In this document: in pieces, positions 1 through 9,187 of the stretch
Layout of the letters: the number at the start of each line of letters is the position of its first letter
Numbering within the stretch: the first letter of the stretch is position 1
Assembly (NCBI RefSeq): GCF_000025685.1
Contig: NC_013967.1
Location: 2,220,001-2,252,000, forward strand
Reading direction: 5' to 3'
DNA length: 32,000 nt
From: Haloferax volcanii DS2
GTDB taxonomy: Archaea; Halobacteriota; Halobacteria; Halobacteriales; Haloferacaceae
Position numbers and translations under genes: made by a program
Notes under the pieces: model-generated
Databases searched by the model: none
Told to the model about the DNA's origin: nothing
Seen by the model: the letters and a program-made list of their open reading frames with translations, nothing else

Positions 1-37
1 GACGAGAATCGGAACTGATGCCACGCCCGGATTTCGG

Positions 38-70
38 CGGCCGGTGAGAAAAAACCCGACCCGGCCAGGT
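38..70 (-). terminator. Possible terminator of the acetyltransferase gene (T6 run on - strand inside a GGCCGG/CCGGCC inverted repeat)
   Basis: A6 at 49-54 on the + strand (U6 on the - strand transcript), about 40 nt past the stop at 94. It is flanked by ggccgg (39-44) and ccggcc (61-66). Confidence 0.3.
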
Positions 71-93
71 GTCGGATTCGACGCTCCGCTCGC

Positions 94-1317
94 TCAGAAC
101 CCCTCGCGCAGGTAGCGGTCCCGCTCTGTGAACACCGAGGCGAGGGCGTCGGCCGCCTCCGCATCAGCGACCGAGAGGCGGTCGGTGCGAGCGAGCGCCT
201 CGACGGCCCGCGCGCCGACGATGAGTTGCGAGAGCGCCCCGATTTCGACGGTCGCGTCGGGGTCGGCGTCGCGGCCAACCGATTCGACGCTCGCCGCGCC
301 GTCGGCGACGATGAGGCTGAACGGGCCGTCGTTCCAGTCGCACCGGCCGTCTTCGACCGCGAGGACGAGGTCGCAGGCGGCGTCGGCGGGGAACGAGACG
401 GCTTCGAGGGCGGCCGGCACGTCCACGATGCGGACCATCGGGCCGGGCTTGAGTTCGACCGTCGCCGCCCGCGGGTCGGTCAGGTCGTCGATGAGCCGGG
501 AGGATTCGTGTTCCGACGAGAGGACGACCTCGTCGACCTGCGAGTCGTGGTCCCGGAGGAACCGAAACAGGTGGGCGCGGGCCTCGGCGTCGGCGGCGAC
601 GAGTTCGTCCACGGACAGCGTCCGCGACTCCCAGTCGCCGGTCACGTCGTAGACGACGTAGCCGCGGAGGTCGCCGTCTCGCTCCCAGCCGTAGACGAAC
701 GGGTCGTCGTCCCACCCGCGGAACAGCCGGTGGCGAATCCAGCCCTCGCTTCGGTCCACCGCGAGGTCTTCGGTCGCCGCGGCCGCGGATACGTCTTTGA
801 CCCGCTCCCAGTCGCCGGCATCGAGTCGGACGAACTCCCCGGCCGGGTCGGCGGCGACCGCCCCGAGTTCGTCGGGCGGCACCGTCGTCTTCGCGTAGTT
901 GCTCGCCGTCGCCCAGCCGAACCGGCGGTAGAAAGCGTACTCGAACGGCCAGAGCGCCGAGAGATACCGGCCGGTGTCGCGGAACTCCGCGAGGAGGGCG
1001 TCGAGCATCGCGGCGACGTGGCCCTGTCGGCGCGCCTCCGGAGGTGAGGCGACCGCCGAGATACCGGGGAGCGGGTGCCACTCGCCGCGGACGCGGGCCG
1101 TGAAGTCGTGGAAGGCACACACCGTCCGCAGGTCGGCCGCGTCGAGGTCCTCGACGGGCGCGTCGGGTGGGGCTTCGTAGAACCCCCGCGGGCGGTAGCT
1201 CTCCGGGTCGGGCAGTCGCTCGTCCGACCAGTCGGGGCCGTTCTCGGGCCGGAAGGCGTAGTTGAGGAACTCGCGGTACGTCTCGCGGTGCTCCTCGGGG
1301 AGGGGACGGAGGTGCAT
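94..1317 (-). CDS. Eis-like GNAT N-acetyltransferase (GNAT region plus SCP2-like C-terminus), 407 aa
   Basis: Track ORF 94..1527 trimmed to Met71 (ATG read on - strand at 1315-1317). The upstream 70 codons are Arg/Pro-rich and unlike the acidic body. The body starts MHLRPLPEEHRETYREFLNYAF and has an acetyl-CoA-type segment RRQGHVAAMLDALL. Length and layout resemble the Eis/three-domain GNAT family. Confidence 0.7.
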   Translation of the reverse strand: MHLRPLPEEHRETYREFLNYAFRPENGPDWSDERLPDPESYRPRGFYEAPPDAPVEDLDAADLRTVCAFHDFTARVRGEWHPLPGISAVASPPEARRQGHVAAMLDALLAEFRDTGRYLSALWPFEYAFYRRFGWATASNYAKTTVPPDELGAVAADPAGEFVRLDAGDWERVKDVSAAAATEDLAVDRSEGWIRHRLFRGWDDDPFVYGWERDGDLRGYVVYDVTGDWESRTLSVDELVAADAEARAHLFRFLRDHDSQVDEVVLSSEHESSRLIDDLTDPRAATVELKPGPMVRIVDVPAALEAVSFPADAACDLVLAVEDGRCDWNDGPFSLIVADGAASVESVGRDADPDATVEIGALSQLIVGARAVEALARTDRLSVADAEAADALASVFTERDRYLREGF

Positions 1318-1456
1318 ACCCGCGGTGCGTCGGGGGACGATATAGGTTTTCGGTGCCGCGGGCGCGCAGTCCAGCGATTCGGGCGCGTCGGGACCGGAGT
1401 TCGGGGTCGCTCTCGGAACCGTGCGATTCACGTCGCCTCGGTCCCGAGTCCCGCTC

Positions 1457-1678
1457 ATGAGCGAGACGAAGCAGTCGTTTCTGTCGCGGGGGAACCTCCT
1501 CCTCGCGGCGGTCGTGACACTCGGCATCGTCCTCCCGGGCGTGGCGCGACGCCTCCTCGGCGAGGCCGGCTACAACGACCTCGGGATGGTCGTGTTCACG
1601 CTCGGCTACGCGGGCATGGTCGTTATCGTCTGGTACGGGTGGATTCGCCCGCTCGACATCACCGGTCCGGCCGAGTAG
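1457..1678 (+). CDS. Small membrane protein, 73 aa, hypothetical
   Basis: Two hydrophobic helices (LLLAAVVTLGIVLPGV and MVVFTLGYAGMVVIVWYGW). The track ORF begins at GTG 1421; ATG 1457 is preferred. No family recognised. Confidence 0.45.
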   Translation: MSETKQSFLSRGNLLLAAVVTLGIVLPGVARRLLGEAGYNDLGMVVFTLGYAGMVVIVWYGWIRPLDITGPAE

Positions 1679-1842
1679 CGCGCCCCCGTCCGTCGGGCGT
1701 CACCCGCACCGACAGCGGTGTTCACCGACCCCGGGACCGCACCGACCGCCCGGTCGCCCCAATATCGGGGGGTTCGACCGCCGGTTTCCAACGAGAATAA
1801 CGGAACTTTGATAGTCGATTCGAACCGACCGAGAAAACAAGA

Positions 1843-2094
1843 ATGCTTCCCCTTCAGCTCGTAGACACCTTCCTGCTCGACTACAACATCGGGCAGGCGC
1901 TGTTGCTCGTGTTCGTCCTGTCGACGGTCGGAACGCTGCCGCTGAAGTCCCGGCACATCCTCGGCATCAACGCCACGCTGTTCGGGCTCATCTTCCTTCT
2001 GACCCCGGTGATGCTGGCCAAGCCCCACTACATGTTCCTCGGCATCACGCTCCTCGTCGTCGGCCCCATCGTCTACGTCTCGGGCCGTCGCTGA
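1843..2094 (+). CDS. Small membrane protein, 83 aa, hypothetical
   Basis: ATG at 1843. Three hydrophobic segments. AT-rich tttgata at 1807-1813 upstream. Hairpin plus T6 terminator follows at 2107-2138. Confidence 0.55.
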   Translation: MLPLQLVDTFLLDYNIGQALLLVFVLSTVGTLPLKSRHILGINATLFGLIFLLTPVMLAKPHYMFLGITLLVVGPIVYVSGRR

Positions 2095-2106
2095 GGGGAC
2101 GCCGAC

Positions 2107-2138
2107 GGGCGGTTTCGCCCGACACACCGCCGTTTTTT
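2107..2138 (+). terminator. Hairpin (gggcg/cgccc) followed by T6 run
   Basis: gggcg 2107-2111 pairs with cgccc 2116-2120. T6 at 2133-2138. Lies 13-44 nt after the stop at 2094. Confidence 0.45.
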
Positions 2139-2251
2139 CGCGACAGTCCGACGGACCGACCGACCGCAACCGACGGTCCGCGCCTCGTTTTTCGCTCGCG
2201 CCGATTCCGAAGAACGCGACGTTTAAACGGCGAGAACCGCAACCCACGGGT

Positions 2252-2782
2252 ATGTCTGAACCGAGCGTTCCCGGCGGCCGCGGGGCCGTCTTGGACCTCC
2301 CCTGCGGCGAGACGAAGCGCGTCCGGGAACTCGACTTGGGCAAACGGGAGTTCGACTGTCCGTGCGGCGACAGCCACGCAGTCGTCATGGACGTCCACCC
2401 GCCCGACCGCTTCCTCCCGGAGTTCCTCGTCGACATCCTTCAGGAGACCATCGAGACCACGAGCGACGACATGCCCGAGTTCGGGACGGCCCACCTCATG
2501 GGCATCGTCTTGGAGGAGTTCCCCGAGGCCGTCGTCTCCGAGGACGTGTCCGAGGACGGAGAACTCGGCGCGGGCATCGTCTGGGTAACCGATTTCGATT
2601 CTCGAAGGCTCCACGAGATAATCGTCGAACTCGTCGTGGAGCTGATGGAACACGCCGTCAGCCACGCCGACGACGACGACGTCGTCTCGGAGTTCGAGTC
2701 GAAGATGCTCCAGTTCGACGTGGGCGAGTTCGTCGACCAGTACCGCGCCCAGCGCGACCTCGACCCCGAGCCGTACATGTAG
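2252..2782 (+). CDS. Acidic cytoplasmic conserved hypothetical protein with N-terminal Cys/His cluster, 176 aa
   Basis: ATG 2252 with gtttaaac (2220-2227) about 28 bp upstream. Motif C-x17-C-x-C-x3-H (LPCGE...DCPCGDSH). Very acidic remainder. I think this resembles a haloarchaea-specific DUF family but cannot name it reliably. Confidence 0.6.
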   Translation: MSEPSVPGGRGAVLDLPCGETKRVRELDLGKREFDCPCGDSHAVVMDVHPPDRFLPEFLVDILQETIETTSDDMPEFGTAHLMGIVLEEFPEAVVSEDVSEDGELGAGIVWVTDFDSRRLHEIIVELVVELMEHAVSHADDDDVVSEFESKMLQFDVGEFVDQYRAQRDLDPEPYM

Positions 2783-2807
2783 CGCTCGGGCGGGGACGCC
2801 CCGCTTT

Positions 2808-3830
2808 TCAGTCGATTCGAAGCCGCTCGACCGCCGGGTCCAGCGTCGCCTTCGCGCCGAGCGGGAGCGGCACCGTCGGGTCGGCGTGGCCGAACTCCAC
2901 GTCGAACACCGCCGTGGCGTCGGGGCTGTACGCGTCGAGGACCGACAGCAGCTCCGCGCGGAGTTGCGCGCCGTAGTCGGCCGGCGGTTCCCACTCCAGT
3001 TCGGGCGAGTACGTCCGCGGCCGACCGACCACGACGCCGTCGAATCGTTCTAACAAGCCGCGTTCGCCCATCGACCGCAACGTGTACCGGACCTCGCGGG
3101 GGAGCGGCACGTCCTCCGAGGTTTCGAGCGCGAGCACCGCCCCGTCGAGTTCGTCGGGGTTCGGGAGGTACCGGCGGGTCTGGAGATGCCACTTCACGAC
3201 GCTGAAGTTACCGCCCCAGAGTCGCCCGGTCACTCGTTCGTCACCCCGCCACGTCCGACCCGGGTTATCGCGCCACTCTCGGGGCTCTTCGGTGTCGAAG
3301 TCGAACCAGTCGTCGGTCCACTCCGAGGCAGGTTCGACGACGCCGAGAGAGCGCTCGAAGAACGCCCGCCGGAGGTATCGCTCGACGTACGGGTGGATTT
3401 CGGGGTCCACGGTGAGCGTCGGGTGGAGCGTCGCGCCGTAGCTCACGACGCCGTGGGTCCAGAGGAACAGCCGGAGATTGTCGTTGTCGCTGAAGCCGAA
3501 AAACCGCGTCGGCGACGCGGTCAGCCGCGCCGGGTCGAGATGGGGGAGGATTCGAAGCTGGTCGTCGCCGCCGGTGACAGCGATGACGCCGCGTATCGAC
3601 GGGTCCTCGAAGGCCGTCATCACGTCCTCCGCGCGCGCCGCCGGGTTGTCCCGGAGCCACTCCCAGTCGCGTCGGGCCGACTCGAAGACGACGGGGTCGA
3701 GCGAGAACACGTCGCGGAGCCGCGCGCACGCACGGTCCAACTGTGACTCGTCGATGGGGCGCGACGGCGCGACGACCGCGACCCGGTCTCCGGCGTCGAG
3801 CGGCGGCGGCGGCGTGAATACCGCGGGCAT
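2808..3830 (-). CDS. S66 family LD-carboxypeptidase / MccF-like serine peptidase, 340 aa
   Basis: Family-like motifs by eye: GFSD nucleophile elbow (FFGFSDNDNL), LETSED acidic residue, C-terminal FGHADP histidine. Length is typical of LdcA/MccF. Confidence 0.7.
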   Translation of the reverse strand: MPAVFTPPPPLDAGDRVAVVAPSRPIDESQLDRACARLRDVFSLDPVVFESARRDWEWLRDNPAARAEDVMTAFEDPSIRGVIAVTGGDDQLRILPHLDPARLTASPTRFFGFSDNDNLRLFLWTHGVVSYGATLHPTLTVDPEIHPYVERYLRRAFFERSLGVVEPASEWTDDWFDFDTEEPREWRDNPGRTWRGDERVTGRLWGGNFSVVKWHLQTRRYLPNPDELDGAVLALETSEDVPLPREVRYTLRSMGERGLLERFDGVVVGRPRTYSPELEWEPPADYGAQLRAELLSVLDAYSPDATAVFDVEFGHADPTVPLPLGAKATLDPAVERLRID

Positions 3831-3974
3831 GCGTAGCCGGTACTCGGATACCCGTCAAAAGCCTTCCCCGGCCGCGACAGCGGCGTTCGGCAACATTTTC
3901 GAAATTCGCAATCGAGTTTCGGACCTCGTAATTTTTCGCCGGACTTATTACGATGTGCGGATTGGATTCCGACG
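3831..3974. promoter_or_regulatory. Divergent promoter region (peptidase gene / carB)
   Basis: ttatta at 3945-3950 is about 27 bp upstream of the carB ATG 3975. tcaaaag at 3857-3863 (cttttga on - strand) is about 30 bp upstream of the - strand ATG at 3830. Confidence 0.45.
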
Positions 3975-6900
3975 ATGACTGACGAGGACACCTCGACCGG
4001 CCCTCAGGAAGGCACGGAGGACCGGACGATTTTGCTCATCGGAAGCGGCCCAATCCAGATCGGACAGGCGGCGGAATTCGACTACTCCGGCGCGCAGGCC
4101 TGCCGCGCGCTCCGAGAGGAAGGCGCGCGAGTTGTCCTCGTCAACTCGAACCCCGCGACCATCATGACCGACCCCGAGATGGCCGACAAGGTCTACATCG
4201 AACCCATCACGACCGAGGCCATCTCCGAGATTATCGAGCGCGAGCGTCCCGACGGCGTCATCGCCGGACTCGGCGGACAGACCGGACTCAACGTCACGGC
4301 CGAACTCGCAGAGGAGGGCGTCTTAGAGAAGTTCGACGTGGACATCATGGGCACGCCGCTCGACACCATCTACGCGACGGAGGACCGCGACCTGTTCCGC
4401 CAGCGCATGGAGAAAATCGGCCAGCCCGTCCCGAAGTCGACGACCATCTCGCTGGAGGAAGGCGAGGCGGTCGAGAACATCACCGAGGAGGCCCTCGTAG
4501 AGCGCGTCGAAGACTCCGTCGACGCCGTCGGCGACCTGCCGGTCATCTCGCGGACGACCTACACGCTCGGCGGCTCCGGCTCCGGCGTCGTCCACGAGAT
4601 GGACGAACTCGTCTCCCGCGTCCGCAAGGGCCTCCGCCTCTCGCGCAACAGCGAGGTGCTCATCACGGAGTCCATCTCCGGCTGGGTCGAACTCGAATAC
4701 GAGGTGATGCGCGACGCCGACGACTCGTGTATCATCATCTGCAACATGGAGAACATCGACCCGATGGGGATTCACACCGGCGAGTCCACCGTCGTCACGC
4801 CCTCGCAGGTCATCCCCGACGAGGGCCACCAGGAGATGCGCGACGCCGCGCTCCAGGTCATCCGCGAACTCGGCATTCAGGGCGGCTGTAACATCCAGTT
4901 CGCGTGGCACGACGACGGCACCCCCGGCGGCGAGTACCGCGTCGTCGAGGTGAACCCGCGCGTCTCGCGGTCCTCCGCGCTCGCCTCGAAGGCGACCGGC
5001 TACCCCATCGCCCGCGTCACGGCGAAGGTCGCCCTCGGCAAGCGCCTCCACGAGATTACCAACGAAATCACCGGCGAGACCACTGCCGCCTTCGAACCCG
5101 CGATCGACTACGTAGTCACGAAGGTCCCGCGGTGGCCCAAGGACAAGTTCACCGACGTGGACTTCGAGCTCTCGACGGCCATGAAGTCCACCGGCGAGGC
5201 GATGTCCATCGGGCGCACCTTCGAGGAGTCGCTTCTGAAGGCGCTTCGGTCGTCCGAGTACGACCCCGCCGCCGACTGGGACGAGGTGTCCGACGAGGAA
5301 CTCGAAGCCGAGTACCTCGAAACGCCGACTCCCGACCGTCCGTACGCCATCTTCGAGGCGTTCGAGCGCGGCTACACCACGGAGGACGTGGTCGAACTGA
5401 CCGACATCCACGAGTGGTACGTCGAGCGCTTCGGCCGCGTCGTCGAGGCGGTCGAGGCCGCCGCCGAGGGCGACTTCGCCGCCGCCGCCTCCGCCGGCCA
5501 CACCAACGCCAGCATCGCCGCGGCGACCGGCACGAGCGTCGGCGAGGTCGAACAGAACGTCCCCGGCCGCACCTACAAGCAGGTCGACACCTGCGCCGGC
5601 GAGTTCGCCGCGCAGACGCCGTACTACTACTCCGCGCGCAAGCCCGAGTTCTTCCGCGGCCCCTTCGAGGGCGACTCGGCGGGTAACGAACTCCGCGTCG
5701 ACCGCGACATGGAGAGCGTCGTCGTCGTCGGCGGCGGTCCCATCCGCATCGGACAGGGCGTCGAGTTCGACTACTGTTCGGTCCACGCGGTGCAGGCGCT
5801 CCGCGACATGGGCATCGACGCGCACGTCGTCAACAACAACCCCGAGACGGTGTCGACCGACTACGACACCTCCGACGGCCTCTTTTTCGAGCCCATCACG
5901 GCAGAAGAGGTCGCCGACGTCATCGAAGCCATCGACGCCGACGGGGTCATGCTCCAGTTCGGCGGGCAGACCTCGGTCAACATCGGCCACCCGCTCGAAT
6001 CCGAACTCGACCGCCGCGGCGTCGACTGCGAGATTCTCGGCACGACCATCGACGCGATGGACCTCGCCGAGGACCGCGACCGCTTCAACCGCCTGATGGA
6101 CGACCTCGGCATCCTCCAGCCCGAAGGCGGCTCCGCGACCAGCGAGGAAGAGGCGCTCGACCTCGCCAACGACCTCGGCTACCCCGTGCTGGTTCGCCCG
6201 TCGTACGTCCTCGGCGGCCGCGCGATGGAAATCGTCCACTCCGACGCGGACCTCAAGGAGTACATCGAGGAGGCCGTTCGCGTCTCCCCCGACAAGCCCA
6301 TCCTCATCGACGAGTTCCTCGCCGACGGCGTCGAACTCGACGTGGACGCCGTCTCCGACGGCGAAGACGTCCTCATCGGCGGCGTGATGGAGCACGTCGA
6401 GACCGCCGGCGTCCACTCCGGCGACTCCGCGTGTATGATTCCGCCGCGCTCGCTCGACGACGAGACGATGGCCCGCGTCCGCGAGGTCACGGAAGACATC
6501 GCCAGCGCGCTCGATACGGTCGGCCTGATGAACGTCCAACTCGCGGTCAAGCGGAACGAGGACGGCTCGAACGACGTGTACGTCCTCGAAGCCAACCCCC
6601 GTTCCTCGCGGACCGTCCCGTTCGTCTCGAAGGCGACGGGCGTCCCAATCGCAAAGCTCGCGGCGAAGGTCATGGCCGGCAACTCGCTTGCCGACCTCGA
6701 CGTGAGCGAGCAGATTCCCGAGCAGGTGTCGGTCAAGGAGGTCGTCCTCCCGTTCGACCGCCTGCCGGGTTCGGACCCGCGTCTCGGCCCGGAGATGAAG
6801 TCCACGGGCGAGGTCATGGGCACCGCGACCTCGTTCGGCAAGGCCTACGAGAAGGCCCAGTCGGCAGCCAACGACCCGGTTCCGGCCGACGGCACCGTCT

Positions 6901-7223
6901 ACGTCGACCTCGCGGACCCCGAGTTCCCCGACGCCGACAGCGAGGCCGGACAGGAACTGCTCGACGCCTTCAACGAGTACTACGAGGTGCTCACGCCCGA
7001 CGACGTCGACGACTTCCTGACGATGCTTCGCGAGGGCGACTTCGACTTCGTCGTCTCCCGCGACCGCGACACGCTCATCGACTGCGTCGAAGAGGAGGTC
7101 AGCTACTTCTCGACGTACGCCTCCGCGAAGGCGGCGCTCGAAGCCCGCGGCGCGGCCGACGAGGACATCGACGTGCTCCCGGTCGGCGAGCGCCCGCGCG
7201 TCGTCGCCAACTGGGGCCAGTAA
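3975..7223 (+). CDS. carB: Carbamoyl-phosphate synthase large subunit, 1082 aa
   Basis: Full-length match by eye to CarB. Duplicated ATP-grasp halves (ILLIGSGPIQIGQAAEFDYSG and VVVVGGGPIRIGQGVEFDYCS), NPRVSRSSALASKATGYPIA, and an MGS-like C-terminus. No carA is adjacent in this window. Confidence 0.97.
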   Translation: MTDEDTSTGPQEGTEDRTILLIGSGPIQIGQAAEFDYSGAQACRALREEGARVVLVNSNPATIMTDPEMADKVYIEPITTEAISEIIERERPDGVIAGLGGQTGLNVTAELAEEGVLEKFDVDIMGTPLDTIYATEDRDLFRQRMEKIGQPVPKSTTISLEEGEAVENITEEALVERVEDSVDAVGDLPVISRTTYTLGGSGSGVVHEMDELVSRVRKGLRLSRNSEVLITESISGWVELEYEVMRDADDSCIIICNMENIDPMGIHTGESTVVTPSQVIPDEGHQEMRDAALQVIRELGIQGGCNIQFAWHDDGTPGGEYRVVEVNPRVSRSSALASKATGYPIARVTAKVALGKRLHEITNEITGETTAAFEPAIDYVVTKVPRWPKDKFTDVDFELSTAMKSTGEAMSIGRTFEESLLKALRSSEYDPAADWDEVSDEELEAEYLETPTPDRPYAIFEAFERGYTTEDVVELTDIHEWYVERFGRVVEAVEAAAEGDFAAAASAGHTNASIAAATGTSVGEVEQNVPGRTYKQVDTCAGEFAAQTPYYYSARKPEFFRGPFEGDSAGNELRVDRDMESVVVVGGGPIRIGQGVEFDYCSVHAVQALRDMGIDAHVVNNNPETVSTDYDTSDGLFFEPITAEEVADVIEAIDADGVMLQFGGQTSVNIGHPLESELDRRGVDCEILGTTIDAMDLAEDRDRFNRLMDDLGILQPEGGSATSEEEALDLANDLGYPVLVRPSYVLGGRAMEIVHSDADLKEYIEEAVRVSPDKPILIDEFLADGVELDVDAVSDGEDVLIGGVMEHVETAGVHSGDSACMIPPRSLDDETMARVREVTEDIASALDTVGLMNVQLAVKRNEDGSNDVYVLEANPRSSRTVPFVSKATGVPIAKLAAKVMAGNSLADLDVSEQIPEQVSVKEVVLPFDRLPGSDPRLGPEMKSTGEVMGTATSFGKAYEKAQSAANDPVPADGTVYVDLADPEFPDADSEAGQELLDAFNEYYEVLTPDDVDDFLTMLREGDFDFVVSRDRDTLIDCVEEEVSYFSTYASAKAALEARGAADEDIDVLPVGERPRVVANWGQ

Positions 7224-7375
7224 GAGCCAGTACGGCGCGCGACCCGCGACCCACCCGACTCGATTCCTCGACTCGCCGCCGACTCGACCGTGTTTTCTCG
7301 CGGTCGCTGACCGCCGCCGGTCCGGACTTTTGACGCGTTCCCGAAGGTTATTGAGCCGCGCCCCCATGCGCGGGT

Positions 7376-8140
7376 ATGGCACGCAATCGCGGTCGCGTCC
7401 TCCTTGCCGGTGCGACGGGTCGGACGGGCCGACACGTCCTCGACGCGCTGGCCGAGACGCCCCTCGTCGTCAGGGCGCTGACCCGCGACGCCGACGCTGA
7501 GTCGGAGCTCAGAGCGCGCGGCGCGGACGAGGTCGTCGTCGGCGACCTCCTCGACCCCGACGACGCCCGTCAGGCGGTCCTCGACGCCGACGCCGTCGTC
7601 TCCGCGGTCGGCGTCTCGGCGGGGCTCGAAACCATCCGCGGCGACCTCGTCGACGGCGCGGGCGTCGTCAACCTCGTTGACGCCGCGACCGCCTCGGGCG
7701 CACAGCGGTTCGTCCTCACGTCCTCTATCGGCGTCGGCGACTCGAAGGGCGGCCTCCCGCTGTCGCTCCGCGCGCTTCTCACGGCGGCGGGCGTCCTCTC
7801 GGCGAAGGAACGAAGCGAGAACCGGCTCCGAGACGCGCCGCTCGACCACACGATTGTCAGGCCCGGCGCGCTCACCGACGGCCCCGCGACCGGGGACGTG
7901 GTCGTCGGGGAGGGCGGCGACTCCGTCCGCGGGAGCATCCCCCGCGCCGACGTGGCGAACGTCCTCGCGCACTCGCTTTTCACCCGCGAGACGGAAAACC
8001 GGACGTTCGAGGTCGTCTCTCGCCCCGGACTCCGCAAGCGGGCCGACAACGTGGTCGATATCGATTGGACGCCGCTGCCCCGGGCCGAGGCGGCGGGCGA
8101 CGAGAGCGAACGAAAGCGAGAGCGAGAACTCGCGGAGTAG
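7376..8140 (+). CDS. NAD(P)-binding SDR-like (NmrA/atypical SDR) protein, 254 aa
   Basis: N-terminal Rossmann motif VLLAGATGRTGRHV. ttatt at 7348-7352 is about 26 bp upstream of ATG 7376. Confidence 0.75.
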   Translation: MARNRGRVLLAGATGRTGRHVLDALAETPLVVRALTRDADAESELRARGADEVVVGDLLDPDDARQAVLDADAVVSAVGVSAGLETIRGDLVDGAGVVNLVDAATASGAQRFVLTSSIGVGDSKGGLPLSLRALLTAAGVLSAKERSENRLRDAPLDHTIVRPGALTDGPATGDVVVGEGGDSVRGSIPRADVANVLAHSLFTRETENRTFEVVSRPGLRKRADNVVDIDWTPLPRAEAAGDESERKRERELAE

Positions 8141-8155
8141 TCGGCGGCGGCGCAG

Positions 8156-8977
8156 TCAGTCGAGTTTGCCGAGCGCTTCGAAGAAGTCGGAGGTCGGACC
8201 GGCGAGTCGGACCGGCGAGTCGGACCGCTCGATGCGAACCTCCGTCGGCGGCGACACCGTCCGCCGGGTCCGCCCGTCGCCGACGACGACCGCCGACGCC
8301 GCGCCGGTGACGGTGACGCTCACGGCGGCACCCTGAGGGACGACCAGCGGCGGCATCCCCTCGTCGGCCGCCATCTCGGTGACGACGAGTCCCTCGACGC
8401 CGGGGTGGACGAGCGGGCCGCCCTCGCTGAGGTTGTAGGCGGAACTCCCCGCGGGCGTCGTGACGAGCACGCCGTCGGCGTGGCTCCCGGAGTACAGCGA
8501 GCCGTCCACGCGGACTTCCAGGTCCGCGCCGCCGCCGTGACCCCGCCGAGGCCCGTGGACGACGACCTCGTTCATCGACGGGTCCATCTCCCAGCCGTCG
8601 CCGCTGGCGACGATGCGAGGGACCTCTCGAACCGACTGGTCCCCCTCCCGGAACGCGGCGACTTCGGCCAGCACCTCGTCGATGGCGTCGGCGGGCGAGA
8701 CGGCGTTCAGGAAGCCGACCTCGCCGAGGTTGACGCCGAGAATGGGAACGCCGTCGGCACCGCGGGCGGCGTAGAGAAACGTTCCGTCACCGCCGATGCT
8801 CACCACGAGGTCGCAGTCGTCGAACGACTCGACGGGCGTGCCCTCGACGCCCAACTCCTCGGCGGTCGCCGCGTCGACGACGGCCTCGGCGTCGACCCCG
8901 GCGAGCGCCTCGCTCGTCTCCGCGGCGAGGTACGCGGCCCGGCTGTTGCCCTTCTGTGCGACGATGCCGACCTTCAT
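8156..8977 (-). CDS. nadK: NAD kinase, 273 aa
   Basis: Track ORF 8156..9151 trimmed to MKVGIVAQKG (ATG on - strand at 8975-8977). GGDGT motif (VVSIGGDGTFLYAAR). NE..VxG and TPxGSSAYNLS-type segments (TTPAGSSAYNLSEGGP). Confidence 0.9.
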   Translation of the reverse strand: MKVGIVAQKGNSRAAYLAAETSEALAGVDAEAVVDAATAEELGVEGTPVESFDDCDLVVSIGGDGTFLYAARGADGVPILGVNLGEVGFLNAVSPADAIDEVLAEVAAFREGDQSVREVPRIVASGDGWEMDPSMNEVVVHGPRRGHGGGADLEVRVDGSLYSGSHADGVLVTTPAGSSAYNLSEGGPLVHPGVEGLVVTEMAADEGMPPLVVPQGAAVSVTVTGAASAVVVGDGRTRRTVSPPTEVRIERSDSPVRLAGPTSDFFEALGKLD

Positions 8978-9187
8978 GCCCCGCGATTTGACGCCCCCGG
9001 GCAAAAGCCCACCGTCACGTCGTCCGGTCTCGGCTCGCTCGGTTCGTCCCGGCGAGTCTCGGCTCGCCGCCCTCGGTGACGCTGCGTGGTAGCTCCGCGC
9101 ACGGGAAACGTTCATCACGACGCCGACACACCATGTGATGATGGCAGGCACGGACGCCGGCCGCGCTGTCGTTCGGTGGTGGCTCCC

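Noticed and set aside
1318-1527. N-terminal extensions of track ORFs (94-1527, 8156-9151, 14403-15821, 15527-16486, 16985-17518, 25008-27434, 27394-28914, 29066-29971, 29477-30673)
   Set aside because: The extensions are Arg/Pro-rich, run through intergenic or promoter DNA or antisense to neighbouring genes, and precede internal starts. Those internal starts match the conserved N-termini of the families and have TATA-like elements at the expected spacing.
4323-7382. 1019-aa ORF antisense to carB, plus other long antisense or alternate-frame ORFs (for example 11646-13820 +, 14580-15938 +, 19447-20445 -, 20617-21531 -, 21476-22444 -, 27427-28692 -, 30889-31872 +)
   Set aside because: They are Arg/Gly/Val/Asp-rich shadow frames, which are expected in high-GC DNA where stop codons are rare. 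Each lies opposite a gene with unambiguous family motifs, and their basic composition is unlike the acidic proteome.
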